Assembly: GCA_951406725.2 (NCBI GenBank)
Contig: OX597815.1
Span: 175,894,001 to 175,958,000 of the forward strand
Length of the DNA stretch: 64,000 bases
Reading direction: 5' to 3'
Source: Octopus vulgaris
Lineage: Eukaryota
Shown: one piece after another, positions 26,820 to 40,030 of the stretch
Layout: each line of letters starts with the position of its first letter
How positions within the stretch are numbered: the first letter of the stretch is position 1
Notes under the pieces: model-generated
The model's database searches: none
What the model saw: only the letters and a program-made list of their open reading frames with translations
What the model was told of the DNA's origin: nothing
Translations under genes and position numbers: made by a program

Positions 26820-27230
26820 TAGTGGATATTTAAACAAAGGATGAGCTTGTGAGAAGGTCGCTACTTTAAAGCGGTTTGGGTGAAATCTTTGTCTAAAAAA
26901 GATCAGCTGTTCATTGATTTCTGTGTAACATCACGTGGAATTTCAGCTGTCTGCTGAAGAATGAGGCAAAGAACAAATGATTTCTGGTGTGGTTGTTTTG
27001 AGGATAGGTTTTTTTTTAAGATGCTTAGCTTTTTATCAATTTCAATAAATTCTTGGTTTTAATTTGTCATTCTACAGCTATCAATGAGCACAATAGTAGC
27101 ACCCTCATAGGCTGGCTTGTTGATTGGTTACTGAGAAGAAAATTCATGTCAAGGAGTAGAGAATCATTTGGTTAAAATTTTAAAAAGTTCATTCTTGAGA
27201 CATGGAAACACTTCCTGAATGACTGTTACG
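26820..27230 (-). mobile_element. Decayed Penelope-like RT N-terminal fragment
   Basis: KPAYEGATIVLID at ~27080-27118 resembles the PLE KPADKGxxxVILD motif. Confidence 0.5.
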
Positions 27231-27559
27231 GCTTTTACTCGAATCAGATGCCGAACTTCAAACACGTGACATCATATACATCCTTTATCCAACCATTATG
27301 CTCACAACAGAACCATGTCAAAACGAACAACCAAACTCCAGCTAACAAATGTAACAATAATATTTGAACTGCTGACATTCGAAAACAAACAGCTGACATC
27401 TCTCATACGTAATCTTCCAGATTTTGTAAAATGCTATGTGAATGAAAGTGCTAAAAGAGTTTATGATCAATATGAAAATATTTCTACAGCTTCTGATTAT
27501 TTTTTATTAATTGTTTACTCCTATGCATACATCTGCGTTTTAACGATTCTTGTATAATT

Positions 27560-28850
27560 CCCCTCCTGTTCATCCTGAGAAATTAATCTTATCCACTTCT
27601 CTCCAGTTTCTGCCTGTATTATTCGGTATTAGTCATTTGAAAATAATTTGTTCGTTTGCAGATGATTTAGAAATTCCAAGGGAAATATCTGATTACAGTG
27701 TCTGTTATGGATCAAGGGTGATTAGATAAACGGTGTATGTAGCGTAAATTTTCGCTTGGTTTGTGGTAAGGAAAATTCCACATGCTGTTTTGGTCTAAAG
27801 TAGTGGTTCCCAAGTCATTCGATGATTAAAAATTATGATTGTATTTTTATAAATAAGTATTATTAGGAATTGTATAAAACAAAATTGTTAAAATATTTGG
27901 CGTATTGTAGAAGTTTAACCATTTTATTGCACACAACATCAACATCTTATACGGGTATCCAAACATCATGTGTACCCCATTTGAGGGCCACTGGTCTTAC
28001 TTGACATCAACAAGATTTATATTTGGGGACTGAAAGAGACGGAGCGTGATTTTAATTTCGAAAGGATCCAATTAGTCTCTTATGCTACCTTTCAAAGCCA
28101 GAGGGGTTATGATTTTCAAAAATTATTAAAGCATCGTCCCTATATAAACCTCCTCTGAATTTCTGGAAACTTTCCTTGAAGTTCATACAGTATAAACAGG
28201 TTGACCAAGTCTGTAACTTGAGCTGAATCAGAAGATTTGTTAGAGTATCGATTGTCATTTCTTGATTTCTAGATGTAGATATTTGGTTGAATTTGAACAA
28301 TTGCCGTGAGAATTATATTGATCTCATCCTTGCCTAGCTTATTGATTTTTGATGAGAATATTGAGAGATTTACTAAGAGCATAGGAAACGTGGAGGCGTG
28401 ATAACTGTCGATGTCAAATTAGACGAATAACATTTTTATATTTCCTTACTTCTTTTACTTTTAGAGTACGTCAGAATTATCCCCGAGGTTGAGCTTAATT
28501 TTTTTATTGATAAAAGGGATTATTCCATCCAAGCATTCAAAATAGTTTTATGCTTCTTAATCACTTATAACATCTTATTTCTGACAAGGCCTATTTCATT
28601 CTGTTTATCTTTATAACTGTTCCAAGGACATGTTTTTAATCTTTTCGATTCAAGCTACTTTTCATTTTATTTTCCGGTACGGTCAGTTGATTTGACCAGC
28701 TGCATACCGTCATTTTGAATAGTAGTTGCCCAGTCAGCTTCGGTTTCCACGAACATTTATAAATTATTGTGTTATTCTGAATTCTCACAACTGTCTAATG
28801 AATAGTTATGTGAAATACTGAGTAACAGCTTGTGAAGTATTTTCAGCCTC
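27560..28850 (-). mobile_element. Decayed Penelope-like reverse transcriptase
   Basis: In the expected order: NEIGLVR, FDIDSYHAS, GGLYRDDALI (catalytic YRDD), INLVDV, PYHKPSENLRYIHRLSNHP, ISKSSANEQI; many stops and frameshifts. Confidence 0.82.
27801..27993. mobile_element. hAT-like MITE inserted in the PLE RT
   Basis: Ends TAGTGGTTCCCAA / TTGAGGGCCACTG; imperfect 8-bp flanks GTCTAAAG / GTCTTACT; splits adjacent RT motifs. Confidence 0.6.
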
Positions 28851-28909
<59 letters not shown>

Positions 28910-29020
28910 TATAACAAAAATACTTATAGATAAAATCAGATCTTTAACTGTAGAATTCTCTTTACAAAACCAACAGTTGTTTCTGTTGTACTAACATGTG
29001 TCACGTGGTATTCCTCACAT

Positions 29021-29157
<137 letters not shown>

Positions 29158-30075
29158 CACATATACATATATATATGTATGTATATATATACGAGTGGAA
29201 AACATAAGAAAGGGCACTCGACAGATTTATTGGGAGTTACATGTATTATTATTCGAAACAGCTTAATTCGGATTCTGCGTTCAGATTTTGATGCCCCAAA
29301 CGGGGCCTGGGCCTTTCTCGTCAGGCTGTAAAAATCCGATTGACCGGAGAAGTCCGAAAAGGCTACCAGTAGATGAACTGCGATTGGTCAAGGAAGAAAA
29401 CGGGATGCCACGATTAATAGAGTCGCTAAGTAAGTGACAGAAATTACATGACTAAAAAGAATTCCTCTGGTCGTGTGATTGGACAGGAATTTGGGGACAA
29501 CAATGCGTCTGATTATGGAATGAGTGAGGCTTGTAAACATATGACCACAAGTGTGTGCACGCGCCTGTATGTGCGTGTATACGAATGTGTGCGTATGTAT
29601 GTATTTGTGCAGGTATATATATAGGTGTGTGTATGATTGTGTCTGTGTCCATATGTGTGTGTATGTGAGTCTGTATGTGTGTATGTATGTGTGCGTGCGT
29701 GTATATATATGTATGCTCGTGTGGGTCTGCATATATAAGGAGTGTTGAATTGCGGGTGGGCTGTTATCCGGGTGTGGTGCATATGCGTACTATGTTTATG
29801 TGTGCGCGCGTGTTTGTATAAGTTTATGTGCATGTGTATGCGCGCGTTTGAGCACGTCCGCATGCACGTGCATGTGTGCGCACGTGTGTACATTAATACG
29901 CACAGACACACACGTACACGTGTATATATATATATATATAAGAAAATAGTAAAGAGTGAAAAAACGACAGAAGGCTTAAATGTTAAAAAATATATATATT
30001 TGCGTCAAAATGTCTGGAGAATATTGGAAAATTTTTTTTTCCTTTCCTTAAAATGACATAATTTTATAATGTTTA

Positions 30076-30114
30076 AAGAAATACCGGTTTCGCAGTTAGC
30101 TCTTCAAATTTCTT
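30076..30114 (-). ncRNA. Minimal type I hammerhead-like motif (identical to 30715-30753)
   Basis: Exact reverse complement of the right-arm motif. Confidence 0.6.
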
Positions 30115-30160
30115 GTGACTTAATGTTTATTTTTAATAACGTAATCCACATTTTTTTTTA

Positions 30161-30550
30161 AAATGTGGTAGATCGAACTGTGCAACATGTCCTAACCTAT
30201 TGGAAGGATCAGAATTCTTCTTTAAAGAGGGACAGAAATTCAAGATCAAATCTAACTTTACTTGTGCCTCTGAAAACATAATTTATGTCATTAAATGCTC
30301 GGGCTGCCACCAAGACTACGTGGGGTCCACGGGACTATCACTCAGACGTAGATGCACACTGCATCGACAACAGATTGCATTCCCAGAATATAGAATGATA
30401 CCTTTTAGTGAACACATTGAGAAATGCGCAAAGCAACTACAACCACAATTTTTAATCTTTCCATTTTACCAATGTGCTTTCTGATCATCATCACAAATTA
30501 GACTAAATAAGGAAACATTCTTCATTGAAAAGTACAAACCCAGACTCAAC
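30161..30550 (+). pseudogene. GIY-YIG endonuclease with Cys-rich zinc-finger linker (Neptune-type PLE), frameshifted near 30480
   Basis: KCGRSNCATC..FTCASENIIYVIKCSGCHQDYVGSTGLSLRRRCTLHRQQI..SEHIEKC..FPFY / IRLNKETFFIEKYKPRLN. Confidence 0.9.
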
Positions 30551-30714
30551 TATCCGAACTCAATAATACAGAGAAATTCACACTAAAGGAAACAAATTTT
30601 TTTAAGCGATTATCTCCCTTACACCGGAAGAAATCACTCACTACTTTCCCTTATTTAGAACTCTCCGTAGCAAAAATACAAGGATTACGTTATTAAAAAT
30701 AAACATTAAGTCAC

Positions 30715-30753
30715 AAGAAATTTGAAGAGCTAACTGCGAAACCGGTATTTCTT
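30715..30753 (+). ncRNA. Minimal type I hammerhead-like motif in PLE pseudo-LTR
   Basis: AAGAAA-T-TTGAAGA-GC(TAACT)GC-GAA-ACCGGT-A-TTTCTT: stem I, core, 2-bp stem II, palindromic stem III. Confidence 0.62.
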
Positions 30754-31927
30754 TAAAAATTATAAAATTATGTCATTTTAAGGACAGGAAAAAAATTTTT
30801 CCAATATTCTCCAGACATTTTGACGCAAATATATATATTTTTTAACATTTAAGCCTTCTGTCGTTTTTTCACTCTTTACTATTTTCTTATATATTCACCC
30901 ACGTGCTTTACCAAACAAACTTTCTTATCTATCTATCTATATATATATATATATATATACACGCACACACACTCATGTACCTGCTGTCGTTTACTTACCG
31001 ATACTATGAATCGTGACATATCACGTGCCCTTCCTTGACCAATCGCAGCCCATCTACTGGTAGCTATTTTAGATTTCATGTAACTCTCCTGTCATTTGCA
31101 TTCTTACCAGTTCGACGAGAATGGCTCTGAAAGGAGCTTCGGAACTTGGAGTAGCAACGAATCCGAATCAAGCTGTTTTGACCAATTTATATATAAATGT
31201 GTGTGAGAATTATTTTTCTATTGTTGCATAGCCGAAAACTGCTGGTTCATTTTATGCACAATTCTGTTTTTCTCTGCTGCACTTTCATTATTTCATAACG
31301 TTACATTCGTCCGACAGTCGAAAGACCCCTTTCTCTTATTTCTCCATTCCTATGGTAATGTACTATTACTTTCTGTGTGCTTTGTTTTCGTTTTTTATTT
31401 TGTTTCTGTATACAGTCGTTTGCTTCTCCCAGAGGCTCAATGCTTTTCGCTTAAATCCCTGGTACATTGCTAGATTCGAATAGCCCCAGTTTTAAAGAGA
31501 TGTGAAACTATAATTACTTTCCAGAAACCGAGTGATGAGGAAATTTTCTGCACATGGTCTCTGTATCCTCTTTCTGTCTCGTTTGTTGTTTGTTATTGCT
31601 TGTTATCGCTTATGTTATGTTATCGTCTATTTTTCAGCTTGTGTTTTGTTCGATTCCACTTATGTTCTTTTTGTCCTACCTTTGATTTATATGACAGAAC
31701 ATAAAACCAAAAATTAATATGTATATATATATATGTGTGTCTGTGTGTGTGTGTGTGTGTGTGTATGATATGAGCTGCAAGCGTTGGCCAAGCTTAGTAC
31801 GTTCCACACTCCATTTATGTATTGCGTGCAGTTAAACGACTGGCGTCGAACCAGGGGATAAGCAAGCATGTGGACTATTTTCCATTTAGCAGTATTAAAG
31901 AAATACAGAAAACATCGGTTATTTGTC

Positions 31928-32267
31928 ACGGAGATGTACTTGCATAGCAAGTGACCTGATCTGAGATCGTGTACTGGAACGAAAACAATTGCAGCGTGGA
32001 AGGTGTTTAAAAGCCATTTAAGAAACGCACAAAAACCGTTAGATTCACTTCAACATTTAAATTGAATTTGGCGAAATATTTTCGTCGCTTTGAGACCGCG
32101 ACCTGTTCACTGATGAAATTCCTTGATGCATCACGGAATTTTGTCAGTGAACAGGTCTCAAAGTGACGAAAATATTTCGCCAAATTCAATTTAAATGTTG
32201 AAGTGAATCCAACGGTTTTTGTGCGTTTCTTAAATGGCCTATAAACACCTTCCACGCTGCAATTGTT
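31928..32267. mobile_element. Non-coding palindromic element (same family as 51247-51608)
   Basis: 31984-32267 is a near-perfect inverted repeat centred at ~32125, with a one-sided extension ACGGAGATGTACTTGCATAGC... Confidence 0.92.
32067..32117 (-). ncRNA. Hammerhead-like motif with G3:C8 core, stem I decayed
   Basis: TTCATCA-GTGAACA-G-GTCGC(GGTCTCAAA)GCGAC-GAA-AATATT-T-CGCCAAA. Confidence 0.45.
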
Positions 32268-32749
32268 AACGGTTTTTTAAAGCGTTATATAATATATATA
32301 ATTTAATGTGTGCTATCTGTATTTCATTATCTCCACATATGCACACACACACACATACGTATTAATGTAGATACGTGTGTATAATAACGGAAACAGATGT
32401 AAAGAACAGCTTGTCCAGAAAAAAAAAACTAAATGATTCTAAATGTTGAACGATACAAGAAGTGAATATATCCTAAATTCAAGAATCGATAACCATTGCT
32501 TCTATTCCATATTCTCTTAATCTTATGCAGAAACATTTTTAACCAGAAAGTTTTTAACATATAATTTGCCATGTGTACATCTACGACTTCTCCGGTAATA
32601 CACTTGTAGCTTATATCACCAACTGGCTGAAACGCTACTTTTCTCTTTCTTTTTTTTTCCTATCCACTTTCTAGGCTCGTTCTGAAGTTGTAATAACAAA
32701 TGACATCCAACGTTATAAATCAAGGGAGCGTATCTAGTCGATGTATGTG

Positions 32750-32907
32750 ATTGGTCTCAAATCTTGGCACAAAGCCAGCAATTTGGAGGAGGGGCAAATC
32801 GACTACATCGACCCCAGTGTTCAGTTGGTACTTACTTTATCGATCGCAAAAAGATGAAAGGTAAAGTCGACCTCAGTGGAATTTGAACTCAGAGCATAAA
32901 GACGGAA
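32750..32907 (-). mobile_element. SINE family A variant, 5'-truncated
   Basis: ACATCGACCCCAGTG..AAAGTCGACCTCAGTGGAATTTGAACTCAGAG. Confidence 0.8.
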
Positions 32908-32909
32908 AA

Positions 32910-33880
32910 GGTGTCACAGCATGTGACATCCCAGATGAAGGAAAAGTGTCACACCGTCATTCCTATTACCGGCCCTTTGGTCTAGCTCCGCTGTCTCATG
33001 TTGTGAAGGGAAATATAGGCCATGCTTTTATGATCTTGTTAAAGGCAGCATAGGAGGCGGCCAGCACAATGGCGGCATGACAGTGGGTGGAGGCCGAAAG
33101 ACTTCACAGTGGATCCGCGGCGGCATTCATGAAGCTCACAGATCGGGGGGGGGGGGGGGTCGAACCTCACGGAAACGCCGATGCGCAGGCACTCGCTATC
33201 GAGCTGAGTGACAGTCACCCGCTATCAAGCTGAGCCCAGCGGTTTAGAAGTTGAGCGGAAACAGGTCATACGGTGCTGGTTAAGCAGGCGCACTAAATCG
33301 TCCGAGATCACGCCACACTGGATGGTGTGTCGTTTCTTTTGAGAGGATCGGACGTCCACAGAGGAGAGAAGGGGATGAACATCAGCAGGGAGCAAGCCGA
33401 GCTGGTTCCATGTTGTATAGGCCACCTCACGTTCCTCAATCACAGATGCCTCAGTTGTTGTGGAGAACCCTGTTGATGTGGGCAATACAAGAGGTCACCG
33501 ATGAAAGAAAAGCCGGCAAGGCCAATACGATCAGAGATCGAAGGCTGAGGCCACTATATTTGATGGGTAAGGTGACATGTTGACATGCGGTGTCATCGAA
33601 CTGAACGCTGCATATCTCTTCGGCGGCCCGTTCGAAAGAGGCGTCGAAAACGGTGAGGAGAGAGACGTGACTGTAGCAAGGGGCACTGCGGAGGGTATAC
33701 ACTAACTCCAGCATGGCGAAGCAGTCCCTTAACAGGAACAGTGCTGATTGGGCTTCGATCCCGTTCAGCCTGTCCGTCAATCTCTCAAGCTGGCAAAGCT
33801 TAGACCTAAGGGTGGAGCGAATAGCAGGTGTGGGTATCAGCGAACCGAGGCTAAGGAGGTTCTCTTTTGAGGTCACCTGT
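32910..33880 (-). mobile_element. CRE-clade non-LTR retrotransposon fragment
   Basis: ALFLLRDCFAMLELVYTLRSAP..VTLPIKYSGLSLRSLIVLALPAFLSS (CRE RT thumb-like) and downstream RNDGVTL..IWDVTCCDT (restriction-like endonuclease-like). Confidence 0.78.
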
Positions 33881-34779
33881 ACCTACCACGCATGAATTTT
33901 AATTCTGAGGGAGATAGTGTTTTATTTCAAATCTTACACTGCGTGATAGCCTTTTATGACGTCTCGGTCCGTTCTCTCCTTCCGTGTCTTTGTTCATATA
34001 TTTCCTGTAATTTATTTATTCTTTTGCTGAAATCTTCAATTTCTCTGTTATCTTGGTTCATAAGATGAACAAGAATAAAAGAAACACCACTTCCCATCTC
34101 TGTACATATGTTGCTGTATGTTTATAGAAGTTATTGATGCTAAAATATATAAATATGTATATCGACGGGAAAATATGAGAAATTATATAACAACAACTTA
34201 AAACTTAACTAAGTTTTTCAATATGATATTTTTTTCCCCCAGTACATCTCTACCAATTTTATGATGTCGTTAAAATATAAACATCAGAGAAAATAAGTCT
34301 GCAATTCTTTTAATAAAAACAATTTTTTAATAATTCTTTTTTGCTATAGACATGTTTCGCTTGATTTGAAGTGTATAAATATATATGTTGCGATGGCATT
34401 TGGAAGCATTTGTTTGTTTTACTTAGTGATAATTGAAAACTGTTATTTCAGTTCGAATTTATTAAAGATGAAATGCGATTGCAAAGTACATTTATACATT
34501 TCAAAGGCGATCGAAATATATATTGTACAAAACAAAACATATTGATACAAACACTTTAAATGCAAACGAAAGATATTTATATGCGAAACTAAACATATCC
34601 GTAAATTTTAAAAGCAAAGGAAATACTTTTATGATATAAAAAAATATTTTTACATTTCAAATGCGACTTTTCGACATTAACCAAGCGTGCGCTCAATATC
34701 TTTTAGATTTACACAAATGTACCTAACACGCACTCTTTCTCTTTCTTCCCCCCTCTCTCTCTCTCCCTCTGTTGCATGC

Positions 34780-35037
34780 TGCCCGTTGTGCTAACGATTC
34801 TGCCAGTTCTAATACGAATGACAATTTCGAATTTTGGCTCAAGTCCCGCAATTTCGAAGTCGATTACATAGTTAAGTCCCGCATAGTCGATTACATCAAC
34901 TGCGGGACTTAACTGGTGCTTATGTTATCGACCCCGGAAAGATGAAAGGTAAAGTCGACCTTGGCGGAATTTGAACTCAGACGAAATATCACTAGTCATT
35001 TTGCAGGCATGCTGAAGATTCTGCTAGATCGCTGCCT
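34780..35037 (-). mobile_element. SINE family A copy, rearranged, plus a separate head fragment
   Basis: TATCGACCCCGGAAAGATGAAAGGTAAAGTCGACCTTGGCGGAATTTGAACTCAG; GCTAACGATTCTGCCAG at ~34790. Confidence 0.75.
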
Positions 35038-35077
35038 TAATTAATAATAATAATAATAATAATAATAATGATAATAA

Positions 35078-35530
35078 TAATAGCCTTATTGGGCACAGCG
35101 CACATCTTAACGAAAGTGTTATCTGTCTGGCATGCACTGCTCTCTCACTCAATAATAATAATAATAATGATGATGATGATGATGATGATGACAGCATGTC
35201 TAGCTGACAACAAGGTATGCGATAAAAAGAAAAAAAAGTCGATAGATATAACAGGTTAGCTTGGGTGGTTAAGCAGTTGTGGCTGCTGAAAAAGGTAGTA
35301 GTAGTACCAATAACTGTCGGAGACCTGGGAACAGTGAGTAGAAATCTTGAGAAATACATAGAACAAATAGGAGCTGCAATAAGGGTGGAGCACTTGCAGA
35401 AAACAGTACTGCTTGGAACCGCTCAAATACTCCGGATGGTGCTCAAAAATTAAGGCGTGCTGCCTTAGAGTCACAGCTGACACCGTAGTAATCTCCAGCG
35501 TTAGAAGCTGTGCAGAGACAATAAAGTAAT
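35078..35530 (+). mobile_element. Two very short R4/Dong-like 3' ends within (TAA)n/(TGA)n tracts
   Basis: IALLGTAHILTKVLS (35080-35127) and QLWLLKKVVVVPITVGDLGTVS..LQKTVLLGTAQILRMVL (35265-35453), matching the C-terminus seen at 10780-10930. Confidence 0.8.
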
Positions 35531-38244
35531 AATTATAATAATAACAATTCTTTTATTTATCATCAAGGCGACGAAGATTCAGGGAAAGATTTGAGAGTGG
35601 GTAATCTGAAAATGTATTAAGTAGAATGATGTCTTCTTTCATTCTATCCCTCGAGAATCTGAAGATGATGTTAGTTCACCGGGAGATAGGTTGAATGGGG
35701 AACCTGAAATTCAGCGATGAATTCTTGGTATGATAGACGCCTTACAATAAATCCATGTGAACGCAACTATTTCTAGCATAATACACAGCTTAATTTAAAG
35801 ACTACCTTTGAGTTCGATTAAAAGACGGAGATTAAAACTGCGATAACATAATGAGATATTTAATGAGTGAGCGAGTGAGTTGTATAAGACGAATAAAGTA
35901 TAGAAAAGGAAATTAGATGGGAAATATGCGAAAAATTAGAGAAATTGGGAATGAAATGCGTAAATAATTATCTAGTGAGTTGCAGAAAACTGCCCGGATG
36001 GCGTTATTTCGGTTAATATCGAGAATAAGTTTATATTTAATAAACTGAGATGGAATACGCGCGCACATGCACACACACACACACACGTGAGCTGGAACGC
36101 ATACATATATATATTCGCCTTCTCTCTTGCAGCCATTTGCTTTGGCCCTATACGTTATGGCATTCTTTCCATGCTAAGTGTTTATTGCAGTCGATTGTTG
36201 TGCGTGACTCAATGAATATGTGTTTTAGTATATTTGTATAAATGCCAGACAGATGTCAGCATATTTTTAAAATATGAAACACTAACAAAGAACGTTTCAT
36301 TGTACGTAAGTGTGGTTATCATGTTGAAACTAATAAGCATTGTGGGTTTATCAATTTATTATTCAGACATCTTTAAATGCATATTTAAACATCTCTTGTT
36401 GGATTTTAAAGTTGTTTTTGTTCTACAGTAGATTCTTCTTGCAAGGATGTGAGATTTCTTTGTCTGCTTCGCTCATACAATATAAACATTCTTTAACCGA
36501 TTCGACATAGTTATCAACAAGTCCAGCCAGGGTGTAGAAGTTTCATATCCCTTCACAGGTATTATGCCTTATCTAAACGACTTTATCTCTTCTTGGTTTA
36601 GAGTAACCGGTAATCAATAGTTACCATAAGTTGGTATGTTTCAGTGTAGTCAGAAACAACATCTCTGGATAGAAATAGGTTCCAACAATGAGACTTACCT
36701 GATAAACTTAGAAGAAAACGAAAACTTCAGACTTGATCCCAAAATCAGACTATTTTTAGGACAAAGACCACGTTCACTTAAAATAATTCGGAAAGAGGAA
36801 TTATGCATACATATTTATCTTATTATATGTAAACAGGTATTTCTATATGTGAGCCTTTGTTGGGTTTCGTTTGTTTTTTTTGGCTCTCTTCAACATCTAA
36901 CATTTATCGAGAAGGATAGTATAACGTAAAATGGCGAGATATCATTTCGCTGAATCTGTAAACCACTTTTGATTCCTGGTTCGTGAAAATGCTTATAAAA
37001 CTGGTTGCATAATCACGATAAGGGACATTATAATATTCAGATAAAGGTGCGTCACTTTGATGTGAAGATGAATGATGTTAGAATCAGATGTACAAATCTA
37101 TGATATATCAGAAAGAAAAAAAACACAACTACGTTTATGTGACGTAAATCATAGATATCTCTTGGCTTGCAGCACAGTTGTTGACAAATTCCTGAATAAT
37201 ATAATTTTATATTTTCGGTAGACATGTAGCGACTGCTTATGAAAGAACGGGTAGAAGTTTTTCAGTGTAAATAAAGCTATAACAACTTACACGCCTCCCA
37301 ACGATTTGGTACATAGTCCGAGAAAGATGAACAAGTCTTATTTCAATTTATATCATCACACTACTTCTGGCTTATCGTATTGCACCGCTGTATCTGAGAA
37401 GAGACGTTAAGTTGCACTTGCCATTTACATAAAAAAAAAAGAGAAATGAAAAAAAAAACAAACAAACAAAAATGCTACAAGCTCGGGTTTCCTGACTCAC
37501 ATTATGAGGAAGTTGGGTTTTGATTATTTCTGCGAGTTTTTCCGCATCCAGGAAAATTGAAAGTCTTCTAAACATTTATTGTATATTGAATTTTATATTG
37601 AATTTTGTCACACCAGAGGAGGAGTATAGACGACCAACAGACAGACTATACGCTTTTGTTCTTAGATACTATTCTCAATAAGACTGGAGATAGCTTTCAC
37701 AATAAATTCATTTTTGGTCGATAATTTGAATGCTCTAAGCAAAGTAAGTCAACAATGTTCCTCCTTACAGACCTGGTGCAGACAAACGCTATGCCTTTAA
37801 GTGAAATCATTCAAAATAAATGCACATCTTACGTAAAATTTGTTTCTTGAATCTGTGCAAGTGTATCTATACCTACGTGTAAACAATTAAGGACGTAACA
37901 TTATTTGAGAAAGAAATCGCTTCATATTAGTTAAACCTCTATTCTTTTTTTTTTCTTCTAGTGTATCATCCAATTAAACATTCCTGACAAATCTTCCGAA
38001 TCTAATCTAAGTAATTTTTATTTCTTGTTTGCACATTTGTAGTGCGTAGACATTTATTTTTTTGAAGCAATATTCTGGGAAAACATTTCGAAGGAATCCA
38101 TAAACTTTCAGTACGCTACAAAATAAATTACTGCCAATAGATAGATGTGGGCATAAATGGTTGTGATATAAAGAAAAGAGGAAACCAGACTGTTATGACA
38201 CAAAGATATCTTCGTTAAGAATAGTTTGTAAAGTGCAGAGAAAA

Positions 38245-38306
<62 letters not shown>

Positions 38307-39971
38307 TTTAATAATGACGTACAGCTTTAAGAGAGAGCTAAATATTACGTGAGCGAACAAAATTTTATGAAATCAAAATTGAAATGAAAGTGCTGTCAGT
38401 AAACAATCAATTGAAATTAGTATAAAAATATGAGTAACATTTCAATATGGAAACGTCACACAATCGATTTTCTTCCGTGCACACATTTGCTTTTCGTTCT
38501 TCACCTTTAAAGAAATCGTCCATGAATACATATAGCATCTTTTGGACAGTTGTATGTTTTAAAGTGGAATAGTAAATTCTATACGACTTATTCGAAGCAG
38601 CATTTTGTTTCTGTTCTACATCTGCCGTAGCAATACATGTCAGATGCAGTAGCATGCTTTAAATTAAAAACAAATTGCTTATACTCCACGTACAATAATT
38701 ACAAGACACAAGTGTGGGTTGGCCACCGATAACATTTTGTAACAGAGATTGAAATTGATTAACTACATCTTTGTACATTTGCAGTTGGAATTGAGAAGTT
38801 GGGTTTAATAGTTTACAGTATTAACGAAGGTGCAAGCAACCCCTATTTTATATTAACAAATGAATGAATACAACAGAAATCAATCTGAATGAACCTTTAG
38901 GAAAATATCTGGTATCCAGCATCTACGACCCACACTCGTGCAACATGCAGAGCATCACATTATGTATATTTATGTTTTCTTCCCTGTTCAATGCTTTTCA
39001 TTCTGTCCGCTCACTTATCTCAAAAGTGTTTTGCTTTTGACGCCACAAAAAGGAACAATCTTATCGACAATGGCACAAAATTGATTTTTAGCTGACACCT
39101 AACCAGGGTGACCATGGTCCACCACGTCCTGTGTGTGTCCGATTTCTTTTGTCTTTCGTGTGTTCTTTCGTCGTCTTTCCGTGCTACTAGTTACACTAAT
39201 CACATGATATACATGTGTGTGTGAAGTGCACATAGCTGAACCTGTTCGAGTGCCTGTGTCATTGTGGACATACTTATACGCTCGCAGGTTTCTTTCTGGG
39301 GGTATTTCGTTATGTATTTTATTTTATTTCTGCGTATTTATTTCGACCTGAACTAATCGGAGTTAAAAGATTTCATTTGATGTACTGCTTGACACCATTT
39401 TCAACCTTCATATGAAGTCTATTGCACTTGTGTCATTCATTACCTGAGATTATTTAAAAGATAACCAAAAACGAATAGTATCCTTAATATTTGCGGGCCT
39501 TCGCAGCCAGGTGAGATTCATAGAGCTGATACCCAGCATGAACAGGCAAGAGTCTGCGAACAGAAAAGAAAACTGGCTGATGTGGGATCTGTGTGTCTAT
39601 ACAGAGTGAACTTGCTAAATATATCCAAGGTCGGGGTAGGGATAAAATCGAGCAACGATATACATCTACCACAGAAAATGGAGAGCAAAAATGAGAACAC
39701 TCGTTCGAGAGCTGTATAATTAAAACAAAGAAAACAAAAACAAACACCACGAAATTGAGATCAAAGTAGGCTGTCGATGAACGTTTCATATGAATGCGCC
39801 TCGTCGGTCTAATTTACGCTGTCTATGATGCTGGAAGATAATGATTTCAGTGGTGTACAACATCAAAATCTCGCCAGCAGCAGCAGCAGTAGCACCACCA
39901 CCACCACCACCACCGCTACTGCGTCCCTCCTCACTAAGCCAAGATCATCGTTACTGCGTATTTCTGTATAC

Positions 39972-40030
<59 letters not shown>

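Larger units (their letters stand above)
29935..30894 (+). mobile_element. 5'-truncated Penelope-like element: GIY-YIG fragment between inverted pseudo-LTR copies
   Basis: 29935-30147 is a near-identical reverse complement of 30682-30894; the endonuclease remnant lies between. Confidence 0.9.
29254..31180. repeat. Outer, older inverted repeat (arms ~29254-29415 and ~31008-31180)
   Basis: GCTACCAGTAGATGAACTGCGATTGGTCAAGGAAG vs CTTCCTTGACCAATCGCAGCCCATCTACTGGTAGC; AAACAGCTTAATTCGGATTC vs GAATCCGAATCAAGCTGTTT. Confidence 0.8.

Noticed and set aside
32007-32255. Paralogous small proteins (EGVYKPFKK...) on both strands here and at 51306-51616
   Set aside because: The mirror ORFs are a by-product of the DNA palindrome and show no protein features.
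39825-39960. Poly-Ser/Thr or poly-Ala/Pro coding exon
   Set aside because: The CAG/CAC trinucleotide runs lead directly into (TA)n without clear splice boundaries.
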